From: Candidatus Hydrothermarchaeales archaeon
GTDB taxonomy: Archaea > Hydrothermarchaeota > Hydrothermarchaeia > Hydrothermarchaeales > JAZGAD01
NCBI GenBank assembly: GCA_036444275.1
Contig: JAZGAD010000014.1
Location: 8,131 to 72,130 of the forward strand
Direction: 5' to 3'
Length of the DNA: 64,000 nucleotides
Under the pieces are notes generated by a model that saw nothing but the letters and a program-made list of their open reading frames with translations, did no database searches and had not been told where the DNA came from. Of the stretch, positions 32,201 to 47,200 are shown piece after piece; position 1 is the stretch's first letter, and the number at the start of each line of letters is the position of its first letter. The position numbers and the translations under genes are program-made.

Positions 32201-35200
32201 GAACACCACAATCTTCGAGGAATTCCTCTTCGTGGAGACAAGTCCGGTACTGACGAATCCGCAGCTCAACACGTCAAAGAACGGAGACAACATCGGTGGC
32301 TGGGGCGAGAAGTTCAACTTCTCGGTGGTCGTGACAGATGAGGATGGGGACACTGTCTACGCAGTCCTGTGGACGCGCCGGAATGCTTCATACTCGTGGA
32401 CCGAGATCGAAAACAAATCCTGCACCAACTGTAACAACACAGTGGTGTATCATGAAGAAACCGGAGCTTACTCGTGTAATAAATTTGATGATAGCGATCT
32501 AGGTACTTGGGAGTTCAAGTGGAATGCCACCGATGTCGCGAGTTATCCCTCCACAGGGGACGGAGATGTATACACCAATGAAACAGTAAACGAGAGCTAC
32601 ACCGTGGAGAAGGACAACGTATCAGTAACCCTCGTTTCAGGAAACAACGAAACCGTCTGGAGAAACGGTTCGGATTCTGAGACCTTAACGGTGCTAGTCT
32701 ATGATATTGACAAGGAAGAGAATCCCACAACTCAAGCAAAGGGAGCGATATGGGTTACAACCACTACATTCAACGGCTCCCTGGAGGGCACATCCTACGT
32801 CTCGGTCTTCAATGATTATGCAAATCCCAGTGGCCAATTAACTAAAAACTTCGACCCCAGCTGTTCATACGAAGTTGGCTGGCAGCATTGGATCGGTGGC
32901 ACATACGGCAGTGAATGCTACATGGATGCCAATTCCACTCAGGGTCCGTTCAACCTAACCATGAAGTCCTACCTCGAGGGCGTGGTCCAGAATGTCAACC
33001 AGACCCCACCTTACTACGAAGTGAGTGAAAAGATCAACATAACATTCTACGTGAATGACGATTGCGAGGGTACCTATGGCGGTATGGGTGGGGCGGATGT
33101 CATCAAGCTCAATCTCTCCAGTGGCGGATGGAGTAATGAATATACAACGGGCTTCATAGACTATGGAAACGGCACTTATGTCTACGAGTGGGACTCTGCG
33201 GTAGGGGTGTACGGATGGTACAACACATCTTTAGAGCTGAACCAGAGCTACTACTATAACAAGACCGGCGGAGACGACAACGTAACCTTCGACAGGGAAG
33301 AGCTCTTCTACCTCGATACTAGGCCTCTATTACAGACTGCGGCAGTTAATCAAACTGACAACGGCTGGGGAGAGACTTGGAAATTCACTGTGGAGTGTAA
33401 GGACTCAGACGGGGATCCCGCCAATCTGACCCTCTGGAAGCGTCTGCAGGACTCTCCCGCGTCGGAATGGGAATATGTAGACTCTCAAACATGTTCCAAC
33501 ACTGGTTTTGAACTCAAAACCTTTATAGAAACCTTCAACTATACCGATATCACCCCGGCGGGGAACGTCACCAACTATAAGTTCAATATCTCCGATCCTT
33601 ATGATTATGGATCTGAGTTGATAGGTCCGGAGGATATTACAGTTGAACCCGACGACATAGGATACACCACGGTCGTAGGGGATGAAGAAGGTGTAGACAG
33701 GCTCGGCAACGACACAGTCCGCCTCGCAATTCTGGTGGTAGACCAAGATAGAGGAAACACACCCGTATTGGAGGGAACAGGAATGACCTTCAATATAACT
33801 TCAGATTACGTCACCTATGACACTATATATCCGGCCACAGTCAACTCCACTGGATGGATGAATCTGGACTTCAATGCCACATGCACTCACCTAGCAGGGC
33901 AGCAGAAGTGGATAGGTGACGAGGCAGATTATAGATATAAAGGTATTCCCTTTGGAGCCTTCGACGTCTTTGTGACGGGTCAGCTCTATACGGACCTCAT
34001 AACTCCTCCAGACGGACAACCCTACAACGTATCCGACCCGGTTCCTACAAACCTCAGCGTGTTCACGGACTGCGCACCAGAAGGAAATGTAACAGGGGCC
34101 ACCGTCACCATCGGCTTCAGCCCCAACGAGACCAGCTGGGAGAACTTTACAGCCACAGACGGTGGGGACGGATACTACAACGTCACCTGGGATTCTACAG
34201 GCAATATCGAGGCCAACTGGAGCATAATAGCAAATGCATCCCTTTCGAATTACACCGACAACGTGACCAAGTGGTCGAGCAGGTTCGAACTTATAAACCA
34301 GCCCCCGGTTGTAGACGCGGTAAACCTCACGGTGGACCCGGAAGAGGAAGGCTGGGGTGCTACCTACATCTATACGGTCTTCGTGGATGATCCTGAGGGG
34401 GACGATGTAACATGCACCCTCTACGTTAACACCACTGGCTCTTGGGTTGAGAAAGGCTCTAACACTACTACAGGCGGGGTGGGCAACTGCTCTGTCACTG
34501 TCAGCGGCTTCAATAAGTCGGACTACGACTATAACCTGTCGAACCCGATCTCGTTCATGTTCGAGATAAACGACACAGGTTCCGGTGAGCCCTTCAACAC
34601 CTCGGATAAAGTCGGAGCGATATATGCCCCGTCCTTCCAGGAAGATAATGTATCGATAACCTATTACGGCGGAGATAACGGCACCACCATCACCAGAAAG
34701 CTCCAGAGCGCAACCTTCATATTCAATACCACGGACACCGACAGCGGAGGCGTGGCCTACAATGCGAGCGGCGCGGTATGGGTCACCAAGACCGGTAGCA
34801 GTGACTGGGACAGCGGCACATCCGACACGACCAACGCTTCAGGATATCTCATTGTCGAGATTGCCCCTGGCTGCGACTATGACACAGGCGTGCGGAACGT
34901 AATGGGAGGAATAAACGACACGTATTACGAGGACGTCAACACCACAGAATCCCTTATGATAACCCTTACGGGCGGCATGAGCCTTCAGGCATGGAGCCAG
35001 AATGAATCCGATGACCAGGACCAAACCATCTATAGAGATGATAACCTCACCATAAAGGCCAACATTACAGACGAGTGTGGTGCGCAAGTTGATGGCGTGA
35101 ATGTAACCTTCACCCTTTCGAACGGGAGCCAGAACTTCACATGCAGCGTCAACAACGAATCAAACGGCATCTACAACTGCACCATAGAGACCAACAGCAC

Positions 35201-38200
35201 AATGTCTGCCGGCTGGTACAACATGACCTTGAACTCTACCAAACAGAACTTTGCACCCAATACCACATTATTTAAGAACTTCCTGTTCATCGAGACCGAG
35301 CCTGTACTGACGGGAGCGGTGGTAAATTCATCCCAGAACGGCGACAACACCGGCGGCTGGGGCGAGACCTTCACCTTCAATGTTACTGCCTCGGACGAGG
35401 ATGGCGACAATATGACGGTATGTCTATATCTAAGTAAAAACGGAGAGAGTTTCTGGCAAGAGTACTGTAACAGCACCGTAAACGGTATCAATCAGCTCGT
35501 CAGCCGTGATAGGATCTTCCCCGATGATAGCTGGATGGGTAACTGGGAGTTCAAGTGGAACGTCACGGATGATGGAGACGATCCCATTACAGGCGACACC
35601 AAATATAATGACACCACTTTGAACATCTCATTCATCGTCGAGAGGGATGACCTATCCATCCTGGAAGAGGACGGCGATGAAGCCACCGTTTCCAGACTCG
35701 GAGATAACAAAACGTTACTCAATGTCAGCATACGGGATATTGACAAACTGGAGAACGTATCTGGTTTCCAAGATCTCCTTACAAAAGCCTACGTCACTTT
35801 GGACAACTACACGTGGGACTGGGGCAAGACCAAAAGCGTCTCGGGCGACTATCGCTACATTGAATTCAATCCCAACTGCTCATACAGCGTCGGTGAGCAG
35901 AAGTGGAAGTTCGTTACAGGGGACATCACTGAGTATAAACCGACGGAGTCCGATAATTACACCTTGTATATAACGTCTATATTGGTTCCCAACCTGACAG
36001 AGCCGCAGGGAGGCATCTATATTAAGGACAGCCAAGACGTCATTATAAATGCAACGGTAGAAGATTACGACACTGACTGCGATCCAGTAGACGATTCAAC
36101 AGTGAATTTCACCTTCACCAATCTTGATGGCACCAAGTATTATGCAGAAACAACAACTCCGACAGTTACCTCTCTTGGGGAGGGCAACTACACCTACAAC
36201 TTAACTGCCGCAAGAAATGACGGCATGAAGTACGGGTGGTACAACGTCACGGTGCACGCAAACAGGAGCTACTACAGTAATGACGAGGTCGTAAATTATA
36301 CCGTTTACAAGGCATTCAAGCTGACCTCAATACCTAAATTTGACCCAGAAGATATTGTTTTTACCGTTCCTTCTGGTAGTGGATATTATTGGGGAGAACC
36401 CTGGACCATCAGTGTCAATATCCGTGACTACGACAACGACAACGTTAACGTGACATTGTATAAGAGGAAAGTAGGGGAAACTAGCTGGGATTATCTCAAC
36501 GATAGTCTCTGCGACAACGACTGCCAGAATACCAAAACCATATCATTCGTACAAAACTTCTCCTGCGCCGACCGCGGAGACATCGAGTGGAACGTGACCC
36601 TGACGGACCTCAACAACTTCACGGTCAGCACGACAGAAAATCAGTCGATAAATAAAGACCTTTCATATGTCACTCATGAGTTTGGAGGCGGAGAAACAGT
36701 AAACAGGACAGGGTTAAACAAATTGCCTATGATAGTCAGGGTGGCGGACAAGACAAGAGGCTATGTGCTTGTAGGCTCCGGAGTAAACGGGAGCTTTTAC
36801 ATTACTAACGGTACTGACAACGTGTGGGCGGAAAGATACACCAACCAGACCAATACATCTTCGCGTTTGACGCTCTTCTTTGACCCAACTGAAAACTACA
36901 CCCTTGGAAACCAGTACTGGGATGGAGGGGTAGAAGGAGACAACTGCTATACGAATAAAAATATCAGCACTGGCAATCAGACCTTTAACATAAAAGGACA
37001 GCTCCTCATCAACATGGAACAGCCGACAACCAATGTCACCCCTGTCATTGTGAACGACAACGTGACCATCCGGTTCAATGTCACCACGGATGCCGCCTGG
37101 GAAGGATACCAAAATGAAACAACCAGTGTAGACGTTCAGCTGTCCCGCGATGGATCCTCAGTAGCCTGCACCTACGGGCCGTATAACGAAGGAAACGGCT
37201 CCTACAACTGTACATGGGTGACGGTGACCCTTGATGGTGGCATGTGGAACATGACGATAACCGTCTCCAAATCTCCGAACTACAATACAAATGTCACCCT
37301 CTTCGAGAACTGGTTCAACCTCTCAAATACAAAGCCCAACGCTACCGACATAAATGTCACTCCGTCCACGGGCGGCTGGGGCAGGAACTTTACCTACCGG
37401 GTATTTGTAAACGATAGCCAGCAGGCCAACGTCACCTGCGCCCTCTACACCAACACCACCGGCGACTTCGTATATAAGGGCAATGATACAGTAGCTGGAG
37501 GACTTGGAAACTGCACAATAAACGTCACCTTTTCCCCTGATGACATCACACCTTCTGCGGAGTTCTACTTCGTAATAGACGACGGGACAGAAGGAAACAA
37601 GTTCAATACATCCACACAGACAGGCCCCATCATAGAGCGGGACAACATTACAATTGCCTTTGTGTATAACAGCACCGACGAAGTCAATAGGTCTGGCACC
37701 AACTCCATCACTTTCATTTTCTTTGTTAATGATACGGATAGGCAGGAGGGGGCCTATACTCCGAATGCCACGGTAGGCCTCTATGTCACCACGGATGGCG
37801 AGAACTATAGCCTTGCCAATACCAGTTATACCAACTCCTCAGGCTACGTGACCTTCGTCTTCGACCCGGACGATACCTACAATGCAGGGGTGCAAGATTG
37901 GAAGGCGAACGTCACCGGTGACTATGCGTATAAGGATGCTAGTACTGGTGTCTTTAACGTTAGGATATGGGGCGACTTGGGCTACCAGTTTGAGCAGCCC
38001 CTTGGCGAGAGGATCATGAGGGGGCAGAACGTGACTGTCAGGCTTAACGTCACAGACGAGAGGGCAACTCCGGTGCTGATCTCGAACGCCTCAGTGGAAA
38101 TCCTCTTGACTTCCAACAGAACAGGGGACGATTTCACGTGTCAGGTGGAAAACGAGACATCCCCCGCTGGCATCTACAACTGCACCTTCCTGACTAACAG

Positions 38201-41200
38201 CTCTGTGCCCACCGGGGCGTATAATATCACTCTTACGGCTAAGAAGTCCTACTACAACAACATCTCTACAGATATAGAATACGTCTTTGGTGTAAGTTCC
38301 TTCTTCTTGGAGACCAAGCCCGCTCTTGAGAGCCCGACCGTGGTTTCTAGGATGGCGAATGGCTCCATAGGGGATGGTGGTTGGGGTGAGGACTGGACTT
38401 TCAGCGTGAACGTGACGGATATTGACCTTGATAATGTGACGGTGAAGCTTTGGCTTAATCTGACTGGCACGTGGTCCGACGAGGGGACTGCCTATGTAGT
38501 GGGGGAGAACCAGACCGTCAGCTTCACGTTCAACGATACTGACAATGTCATTACTTCGTCTCATATTGGGAACAGGAGTTTCAAGTTCAATATTACTGAT
38601 TCTAGATTTGCCAATGAGACAGATATCGTGAATTTCACTGTGTATAGGGACGATGTAGGCTTTGCGGTAGTGAGTGGGAATGGCTCGGCGAATAGGAGTA
38701 GTCGGCCTTCTTTCCTCTTGAGGGTTCAAATGTGGGATGCAGATACTGGAGACCCCGTAGGTACATTCAGGAATGCCCGTTTCTATTATACAAAGGATGG
38801 AAATACGAGTAATTATTATACTTACTCGACTAATACTGGCCCTGGTGGGGAATATGCAGAGAATACATTAGATCTATCAAGTATCGTAAAAAGCTGTGCT
38901 TATACGATAGGTCCTCAGTACTGGTTTGTGGATTACAATTACGACTTGGCGAGTGACAGTGAGTTGAAAGAGACTAACTCCACCCTTTATAACTGGACGC
39001 TCATTACTGATCCCTTGGTTGTCTCTATAGTGAGCCCTGTAGATGAGGAATCCCGTTTGAAGGGGGTAGATTCTGTGAATCTTACGGGGAGGGTTACAGA
39101 TGACTGTGTTTCTGAGCTCGGGGGAGTTGAAAACGCGACGGTGGTCTTTAAGATTGTGGGTTTATCGACAACAGATACGTTCACCGATGTAACTAACGGA
39201 TCAGATGGCTGGTATAATTATACTATCAATGATACCAGCGGTTATCAATACGGGAAATACAATGTCACCATGAATGTGAGCAAGCAGTATTATAATAGTA
39301 CTGTGGAGGTTGAAGTGGATGCGTTTGCTTTGGCATCCGTGCCTGAAGTTTCAGGTCTGGATGCAGAAGACGATCCAAGCGTAAATTCTTATGCGACCGA
39401 GAGCAGTTGGGGAGAAGTCTGGGTGTTCTCTGCTACTGTAAAGGATGCCGATTATGGTAATGGTAACGTAACGTTATGGGTAAACAATTCCGGTTCGTGG
39501 ATACCTCAGAATTCTACACTTCGAAGTTTTACCTCTGCAGGAATAGGTGTAAGCTTTAAAGAATATAGCCTCTTCACCGGTGATGATGTCGGTGTCCAGT
39601 ACTTCAAGTTCAACGCGACGGATAATTATAATTACACGGATGAGAAGATGGCCAATGTTACTGTTAACCCTGATGATCTGTACATTGATTATGTCTCGGG
39701 GGGCGGTGATACGGTTAACAGAGAGGGCAGTGGTACTGTTAGGTTCATTGTTACTGCTTATGATAAGGATAGGATCATGTATCTGGGAGCTGGTAGGAAC
39801 GGGAGCTTCTGGGTCACTACCACTGGCGTTGTTAGCGGGCCGCGGGATTCGGGGACGGTTAACTATACCAACGGCTCTGGTTATTTGATACTGGACTTTG
39901 ATCCGGATTCCAATGTCCATGGTGTTGGGACTCAGTACTTGGATGGAGGGATATATGGTGATTCGTGGTATGTCGATAGGAATCTTTCCCAGGACGATGT
40001 CACGAATTATCCGGTAACTATTGTAGGCCAGCTCAAGGTCAACTTGGAGCAGCCCTATGATCCTTCGGGTCAGTATGAAGCGATTGTCACTGACAATATA
40101 ACCATCAGGTTTAATGTTTCCACCGACAATACCTCCATGGGACCGGCTTCAGACCTGCAGGCCGATGCAACCACTTCTGTTGAGATAATTGACTTCGATG
40201 GAAATGTCCTGCCATCCGCCTGTAGTAGTGCAGGCGAGGGGAATGGCTGGTATAACTGCACGTGGGATACGAGCATAGGCGGGTTGCTTGAAGGAAACTA
40301 CAGCATAAGGATAAACTCCTCTTTCACCCCCAATTACAACCCCAACTCCACTACTTACATTAACCTGACGAGGCTTATAAACACCGAGCCCAATGGGACC
40401 ATCGCAAACACCACCCTCAACGTCACTCCCCCCGCTGGCGGCTGGGGCGAGAACTTTACCTTCACAGTGAACGTAAGCGATACCCAGGGCGACAACGTCA
40501 CCTGCATCCTATTCGTAACAACGGACAATGGCACAACCTGGATGACGAAGGGGGAGAAGTTAATCACGGACACCAAGCCCGAAAATAAAAAGATATGCGA
40601 GATAAATACCACCTTCACCAGCGACGATATAACCTACTCAAATAACGCCACCTTCAAGTTCCAGCTGAACGATAGCACCGAGGGCAACATCTACAACACC
40701 ACGAACGGGAGTGGACCGGTGATAGAGCCGGATAATGTCACGGTTTCATATGTCTTCGGCGGGTTGCGAGTGAATAGAACCTCTGATGGGAGTAGCAGTG
40801 TGCCGTTGATTTTGAGGATCTATGACAACGATACTGAGGGATACGTACCTCAAGGCGTAAACGGAACCATCTGGATAACCGTGAACGGTAGCGATTACGA
40901 TCCAGGTAACAGCAATCTTACGAATGACTCCGGCTACTTGATCTACAACTTCACTCCATCATGCTCCAACTATGACCTAGGCGTACAGTATTGGATTGGC
41001 GGGGCCACGGATCCAGCCTATGAACGGAAAAACACGACGCAGAACTTCACCTTTGAGATACAGGGAGTTTTGGAGACTGCCATTACAGCACCAACCGGAC
41101 AGCCAAGGTACCTGAAAGGCAGTCAGAATGCAACCCTCAAGGGGACCGTAAAGGAGTGCAGTGCCGACCCAAATGTGGACGATGCCAACGTTACCTTCAA

Positions 41201-44200
41201 ACTAACCGCAAAACTAACCAACCAGACCTACCAGTGCACGGGTACTCTCCTATCCACGGGTACATATAAATGCGACTTGGACTTCGCAGCTATGGATGCC
41301 GGCTGGTACGATGTCAAAATGAATTCCTCCAAGGCGTATAATTACAATGACAGCGTAACCAGTACCGATGTATTTTTTGTGGTTTCAAAGCCCGAGCTGA
41401 GCGACGCCAACGTGACGAATAGAACAGGCGGCTGGGGCGAGAGGTTCACCTTCACAGTGAACCTGACAGATGAAGATGAGGACAACGTTACGGTTGGGTT
41501 ATACCTCAACAAAGATGAAAGCTGGGAACTGAAGAATTCCACGAGCGTGATTGGAAACGGAAGTAATCAAACCGTCACCCTGACCTACGCTGGTTTTACC
41601 TTATCCGATATGGGTGTCTGGGAGTTCTATTTAAATGCAACCGATAATAGCACATGTTCGCCATTTTGCCCAAATACAGTGACGACACCGGTTGATAACT
41701 TTACCGTGGAGGAAGATGACGTTCGATTCGAAGTAGTTGCCGGCGATGGAGAGATGGTATGGAGAAATGGATCGGCCAGTGCAACAAGAACACTAGAGGT
41801 CCAAGTTTTCGACGATGATAGGAATGTGAGCATAGACGGACCTAAACTCAACTTCTGGATTACGGTAAATGGCACAGATTGGAGACTCGAACAAGGTGGG
41901 GAAGGAGGTGATAGTAACGGTTACGTGGACATCAACTTCAAGCCAACATGTGCCAATGGCTACCAGGTGGGGATACAAGACTGGAAGGTCGAAACCACTG
42001 GTACCACGTTAGATTATTATAAGGCAGTCAATTCTACAAATTACTCCATAAAGGTTCAAGGGGAGCTGAACTTAAGTATCCTGATTCCCAAGTATCCATC
42101 ATCTTACCTTGCGGGGACTTCTGTTCCGCTATCAGGCAAAGTGATAGATGACTGCGGTGCAGATATGGATAATACCTCCACCTCAGTGACTTATACCTTC
42201 AAGAGGGGAGGTAGCGAATATTCGAACAGCACCACCATCTATGTTGGAAATGGTACCTATAACTCCAGCTGGGACAACCCGCCAACAGTATACGGTTATT
42301 ATAACCTTACGATGACTGTGAGCAAAAGTTATTACGGGATTAACAGCACCAAGGAATTGAATGCGACATTTATATCATCTAAACCTTGGTTAGATGATGA
42401 TACTGCAGACCTAGACTTCGAGAGTGGGGGAGATGGTGGCTGGGGAGAAGACTTTACCTTTAGCGTACAGGTCTTTGACAATGATCTGAACGAAGTAAAT
42501 GTAAGCCTTTGGAAGAGGCAGCAACTCGAGGACGGTAATTGGAGTAACTGGAGCCTGATAGACTCTGCGATGAAAAATGATACACAGTGGACATATTTCA
42601 CGACATCCTTTACATCGAGCGACATGGGCCTCAACTCTTGGAAGTTCATCGCCGTCGATACGTGGAACTATACCAACGAGACCACTGTGAAGAACTTCAC
42701 AATACTTCCAAATGATATAGAAATCAAACAGTATGCCGAGCCGGGAGCTGTAGGGCGACTCTTATCCCCGCAAACTTTAGGGGTCAAATTTAAGGATTCA
42801 GACAGAAACGAATATACCAACGGGATCAATGGGACGATATATATAACCGAAAAAGGCTATGACACAGACCACAACTGGACTTATGAATGCGTAAGTGAAA
42901 ACGTGGGTATTTTTAATGGAGTCTGCGCGGTTGAATATCCTCCGAATTGTACCTCAACTATAGGCATACAGAACTGGATAGTCGAGCTCACGGATCCCAG
43001 ATACAAGACCCCGATCAATTACACTAAGAACATCACGGTGAAGGGACAACTCAACACCACCATATTGACCCCCAGTGAGGATAATACCAGCGTAAATCGG
43101 AACACATCAGTTGTGCTCAAAGTAAATGTATCCGATGAGTGCAAAAACACCATAGACACTGCCCAGGTAAGTTGGAAAAACGAGACAGAAGATGAGATAG
43201 CAATAAACGACACCAAAGACGGGATCAATGGGACGTACATCGCGACTTGGAATATCTCGGGCACCTACAAGCTTGGTCCAGAGACTATTTATGCCACTGC
43301 TTCCAGCGTAGACAACTATTACGATGCCAATTTTGATACTAATTATTCAGATAATATCGGCGTCTTGGTGTACGGCTGGAGCTACATAAAGACCATGTCT
43401 CCAGCTAATGGCACAGAAGTTCGAGCCGGGAACAATCAACAAGTAACCTGCACTGTCTACGACAATAGCACTGGTCAATCCATATCCGACTACAATGTGA
43501 GCTTCTACGTGGACGGCGTATACCGGAATAGCACAACAACGGTTGGTGCTACTGCGACTTGGACATGGTACGTCAACACAAGTCACGGTAACAAGAACGT
43601 ATCCTGCGACATAACCGACGACTCGGAGTTGTATTATAACATCACAAGCCCCAACGAGAACAGCACAATAATAAAGGTCGATAGACCACTCCTTATAGAC
43701 AGCATCTCAGTCAGCCCCGACTCCATTTGGAGGAACGACTCCTTCTGGCCGACCAAGCCTATAGAAACCACCATCACGGTACACGTCTGGGACGCCGACC
43801 TTGGTAATGCTGTAAATGCAACGGTCTGGTTCAACATTTCGGACGAGATAAACAACATATCTTGGAGTCAGACGAACTCCACTGGCTATGCGAATATAAC
43901 CTACAACCCACCTTACAACCTGACACCCGGTATGCACCCAATACGTATCAATGCGACGCCAGCTAATGAAAGTCTCATAGCGGCTTCAGCCACGAACCTA
44001 ACAGAGGTGCAGGTCAGGGGAGTGTTGAACGTGAACATAACCGCTCCTCCCGATCCTCTACTCGAGTTCTCTTTCAAGAAGTCAGAAACGATTTGGCTCA
44101 ATGCTACTGTTACCTCTGAAAACGGCGATGTCGTGAATGCCACGGTAAAATGGTTCAACGTAAGCACTGTCAACATCGGCCTGAACGACACTAACGAGAC

Positions 44201-47200
44201 CATGTGGGATCCTGACTTATTGGCGCAACAGGATACCGGGGAGGACCTCCTCATCAATGCTACAGCCTACAAGGACTACTACGACACGAATTCCGGCTAC
44301 CTTTTTATAAATATAACCGGCACAGCCAACGTCTCCTGGGTCTCGCCAACACAGGGACAACAATATCCAAATCCCTTCAACCTTACCTGCAACGTCACAG
44401 ACAGTGTCTCAGGAGCAATCATCTCTGGATACAATGTTTCCTTCTGGTACAAATATCCAAATGAAAACTTCACCTACAATGGTACCATACCCACAGATTC
44501 CGAAGGAAATGCCACCTATATATGGACGCCTCCAAAACCAGGGGAACCCTATATGACCTTTATGTGCAATATAAGCGACTACACCGAGGAGAACTACAAG
44601 GCCTCCGACGACAAGAACTCCTCCTCCATGAACATTCCGGTAACAGATATGACGCCGCCCTTCTTCGACACCTTCCTAGTCACGCCCAACGAGAGCATAG
44701 AGGCATGGGAGACGATAAACATAACGGTGAATGTTACAGACGACAAGGGGATAAATGTAGTCTATGTCCAGATCGGGGAATACAATGGCACCCTTCAGAA
44801 CTACACAATGAATAACCTCACACCAGTTGAGCCAGACGAGCCAGCTATATACTTCTACAACTATACGCCCGAGTGGGGCGGAGACTACAACGCCACGATA
44901 TACGCCGAGGACACGTCTGCGAGGAACAACGGCAACTGGTCGCATACTGAGTACTTCACTATATGGGGCAAGGCAGATGGAGTTACAGATAATACACCTC
45001 CACCTCCATCCCAAGTGGCACTCTATAACATATACTACGACCGCGGGCAGACCTTCAATTTGACCATAAACTTCACAAACAATGGTGATGGCACAGCATA
45101 TGCTGTCAACCTCACGATCTACGATAACCAGCCTACTTTAGTCATCAACTATACACCTAACTATAAGTATCCTAACTATATGCAGCTGTATGACGTAAAT
45201 GCAGGCGTTACGAACCTAACGGAGGTTAATGTCACGATACCAGCTGCAACTACAGCAAGAACTATTTATATCTATGGAAACGTGACCTGGAGAAATCCTG
45301 ATAAGACAATTAACTCGAGCATAGCGCAGACAGTCGTGCTGGTATATGAGAACCCGGTGCTAAACGTTACCGACGACTCCTATCAGCCAGAGTTGCAACT
45401 GGAAGACGTCCGCCATGGAGATAAGAAGGAGGGCACAGTAATAGTGCAGTCCATCGGGAACGCGAACATCAGGAATATCAACATATCAAGGGACGATGGA
45501 GCGCTGGACAACCTCGGTACCGATTGTCCGTACTGCAATGTAACCTTCAACGACGATACTGTATACAGCATCCCCAGCCTACCCTTAGGCGTAACCTCTA
45601 CGGTTACAGTAGTCGTGGATGTGCCTTTCGGTCAGGCTCCAATGTCGTACACAAGCCACATAAAAACAATATCAGAGAATGCAGCGGCAAAGACCATTCT
45701 TATGAATGTTACTGTGGCAGGGAATGCAACGTGGTATGCTGAAACGTCGTATGCCGACCCCAGTACACTCGGCAATATAACCGCCTTCCACCCCAATCAA
45801 AGCGGGTACACCAAAGGCACTATGGGCAAGATCACTCTTACAAATATAGGCAACGTGAGGATATCCTATGCGATTACAGTCCCGCATAAAAACACCGAGA
45901 TGAATGGAACCACGATAGAGGTTAATGGCCAGTATCCACCGGATCCAGTCTCGATCCCTGAGCCCTACCTACAGCCTGCTGGAACGAAGCGTACGCTGGA
46001 GATAAACTACACCATCCCAACTACTGCCGATAGAGGGCTGTACTGCAAGAATATAATGATAGATGTAACTAAGGCAGAGCCCGTAAAGGTTGAAGACGCG
46101 AAGCCGTTTTCACTCAATATTCCCTTCTGCCTTGAGGTAACTGACCCGAAGTACAACTGGAGCCATTCCAAGACAAACATCTCCATGGAGGTCATACAGG
46201 GCACAGACGGCTTCCTCGGCACCTTGAACATAACCAACCTCGGGAATGTCGAATTTTACTTGGAGGTGAACAAATCCGTCGAGATCATAGCTGTCTCCAA
46301 TCTCACCCTAGGCCTAGGTGTTAACAAGACCCAAGAGGTATCCTTGAACTACTCAGCTCCAGTAACTCATGAGCTAAAGAACTATACGTATTACTTCAAG
46401 ACCGTGAATGCATCAGGAGAGCCAACTGAGAGGATAACGTACATCAACCTAACGGTCCAGCCCTACTTCATAAACATAACCCAACCCACAAAAGACGCTC
46501 AGAAGAAGGGCGTGTTCGGTGGCGATGAGATTCTTATCAGGGTGAACGTGACCTATAATGGTACAGCGGTAAACGACACGGGCGATATGAACTGGATTGT
46601 AACGCTGTTCAACAGCACCTACTCGAAGGACTATACTCCATCTGCTCCGCTTGATGAAGTTTACGACAATGTAACTGAGCAATTCAACCTCACCATACTT
46701 GTCCCCAATATAGCCCAGAGGGCCTATGATTTGAAGGTAACAGCCACTTACTCACCAAAGAACCTTGTGCTCGCTGATGTCGAGAATGATGCCATAGTCT
46801 ATAATGATACTATCGACCCAGTGCTTAACCTGGTGGTGCCAGGAGAGGTAACCGTGGGACAGTCCGTGGAAATCCTCCTGAACGTGACAGACGCTGGATC
46901 GATAAATGAGTCGACGGTAAGCGCGAACATAACGGATCCCAATCAAATCACCTTCGATCTGAACATGAGCTCTATCGACAAACAGGGCGATACTTACCGG
47001 TACAACAACGTATCCATCCCAACCCTGGAGGGCACCTACACCATAGATGTCACGGCCTGCGACGTAAGCGGACGTTGCGCGTCCAACAGCACGTCCTTCA
47101 ACGCCTACATAAAGGTAGACATCAATGGCACTGCTAAGGATTCAACTAGTCAACTCGCGGAGGTCAGCTTCAAATTCTATGACAACGGCACCACTAATCT

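Larger units (their letters stand above)
20240..43350 (+). repeat. Modular repeat region of the giant ORF (aa ~1,006-8,710): three recurring module types
   Basis: Type A: ..GWG..[RF]NF[ST]..V.D...D.V...L... ending in F.FNA.D. I counted at least 23 copies. Type B: EKDDV.L.Y..GN.S.VNRS...FNVT...TN.SGY..Y.F.P.C....G.Q.W. Type C: G.L.N.I..P.G..Y.....V.L.G.V.D[DE]CG......V.F......Y.C......G.Y.C.W.....GWYN.T. Confidence 0.8.
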
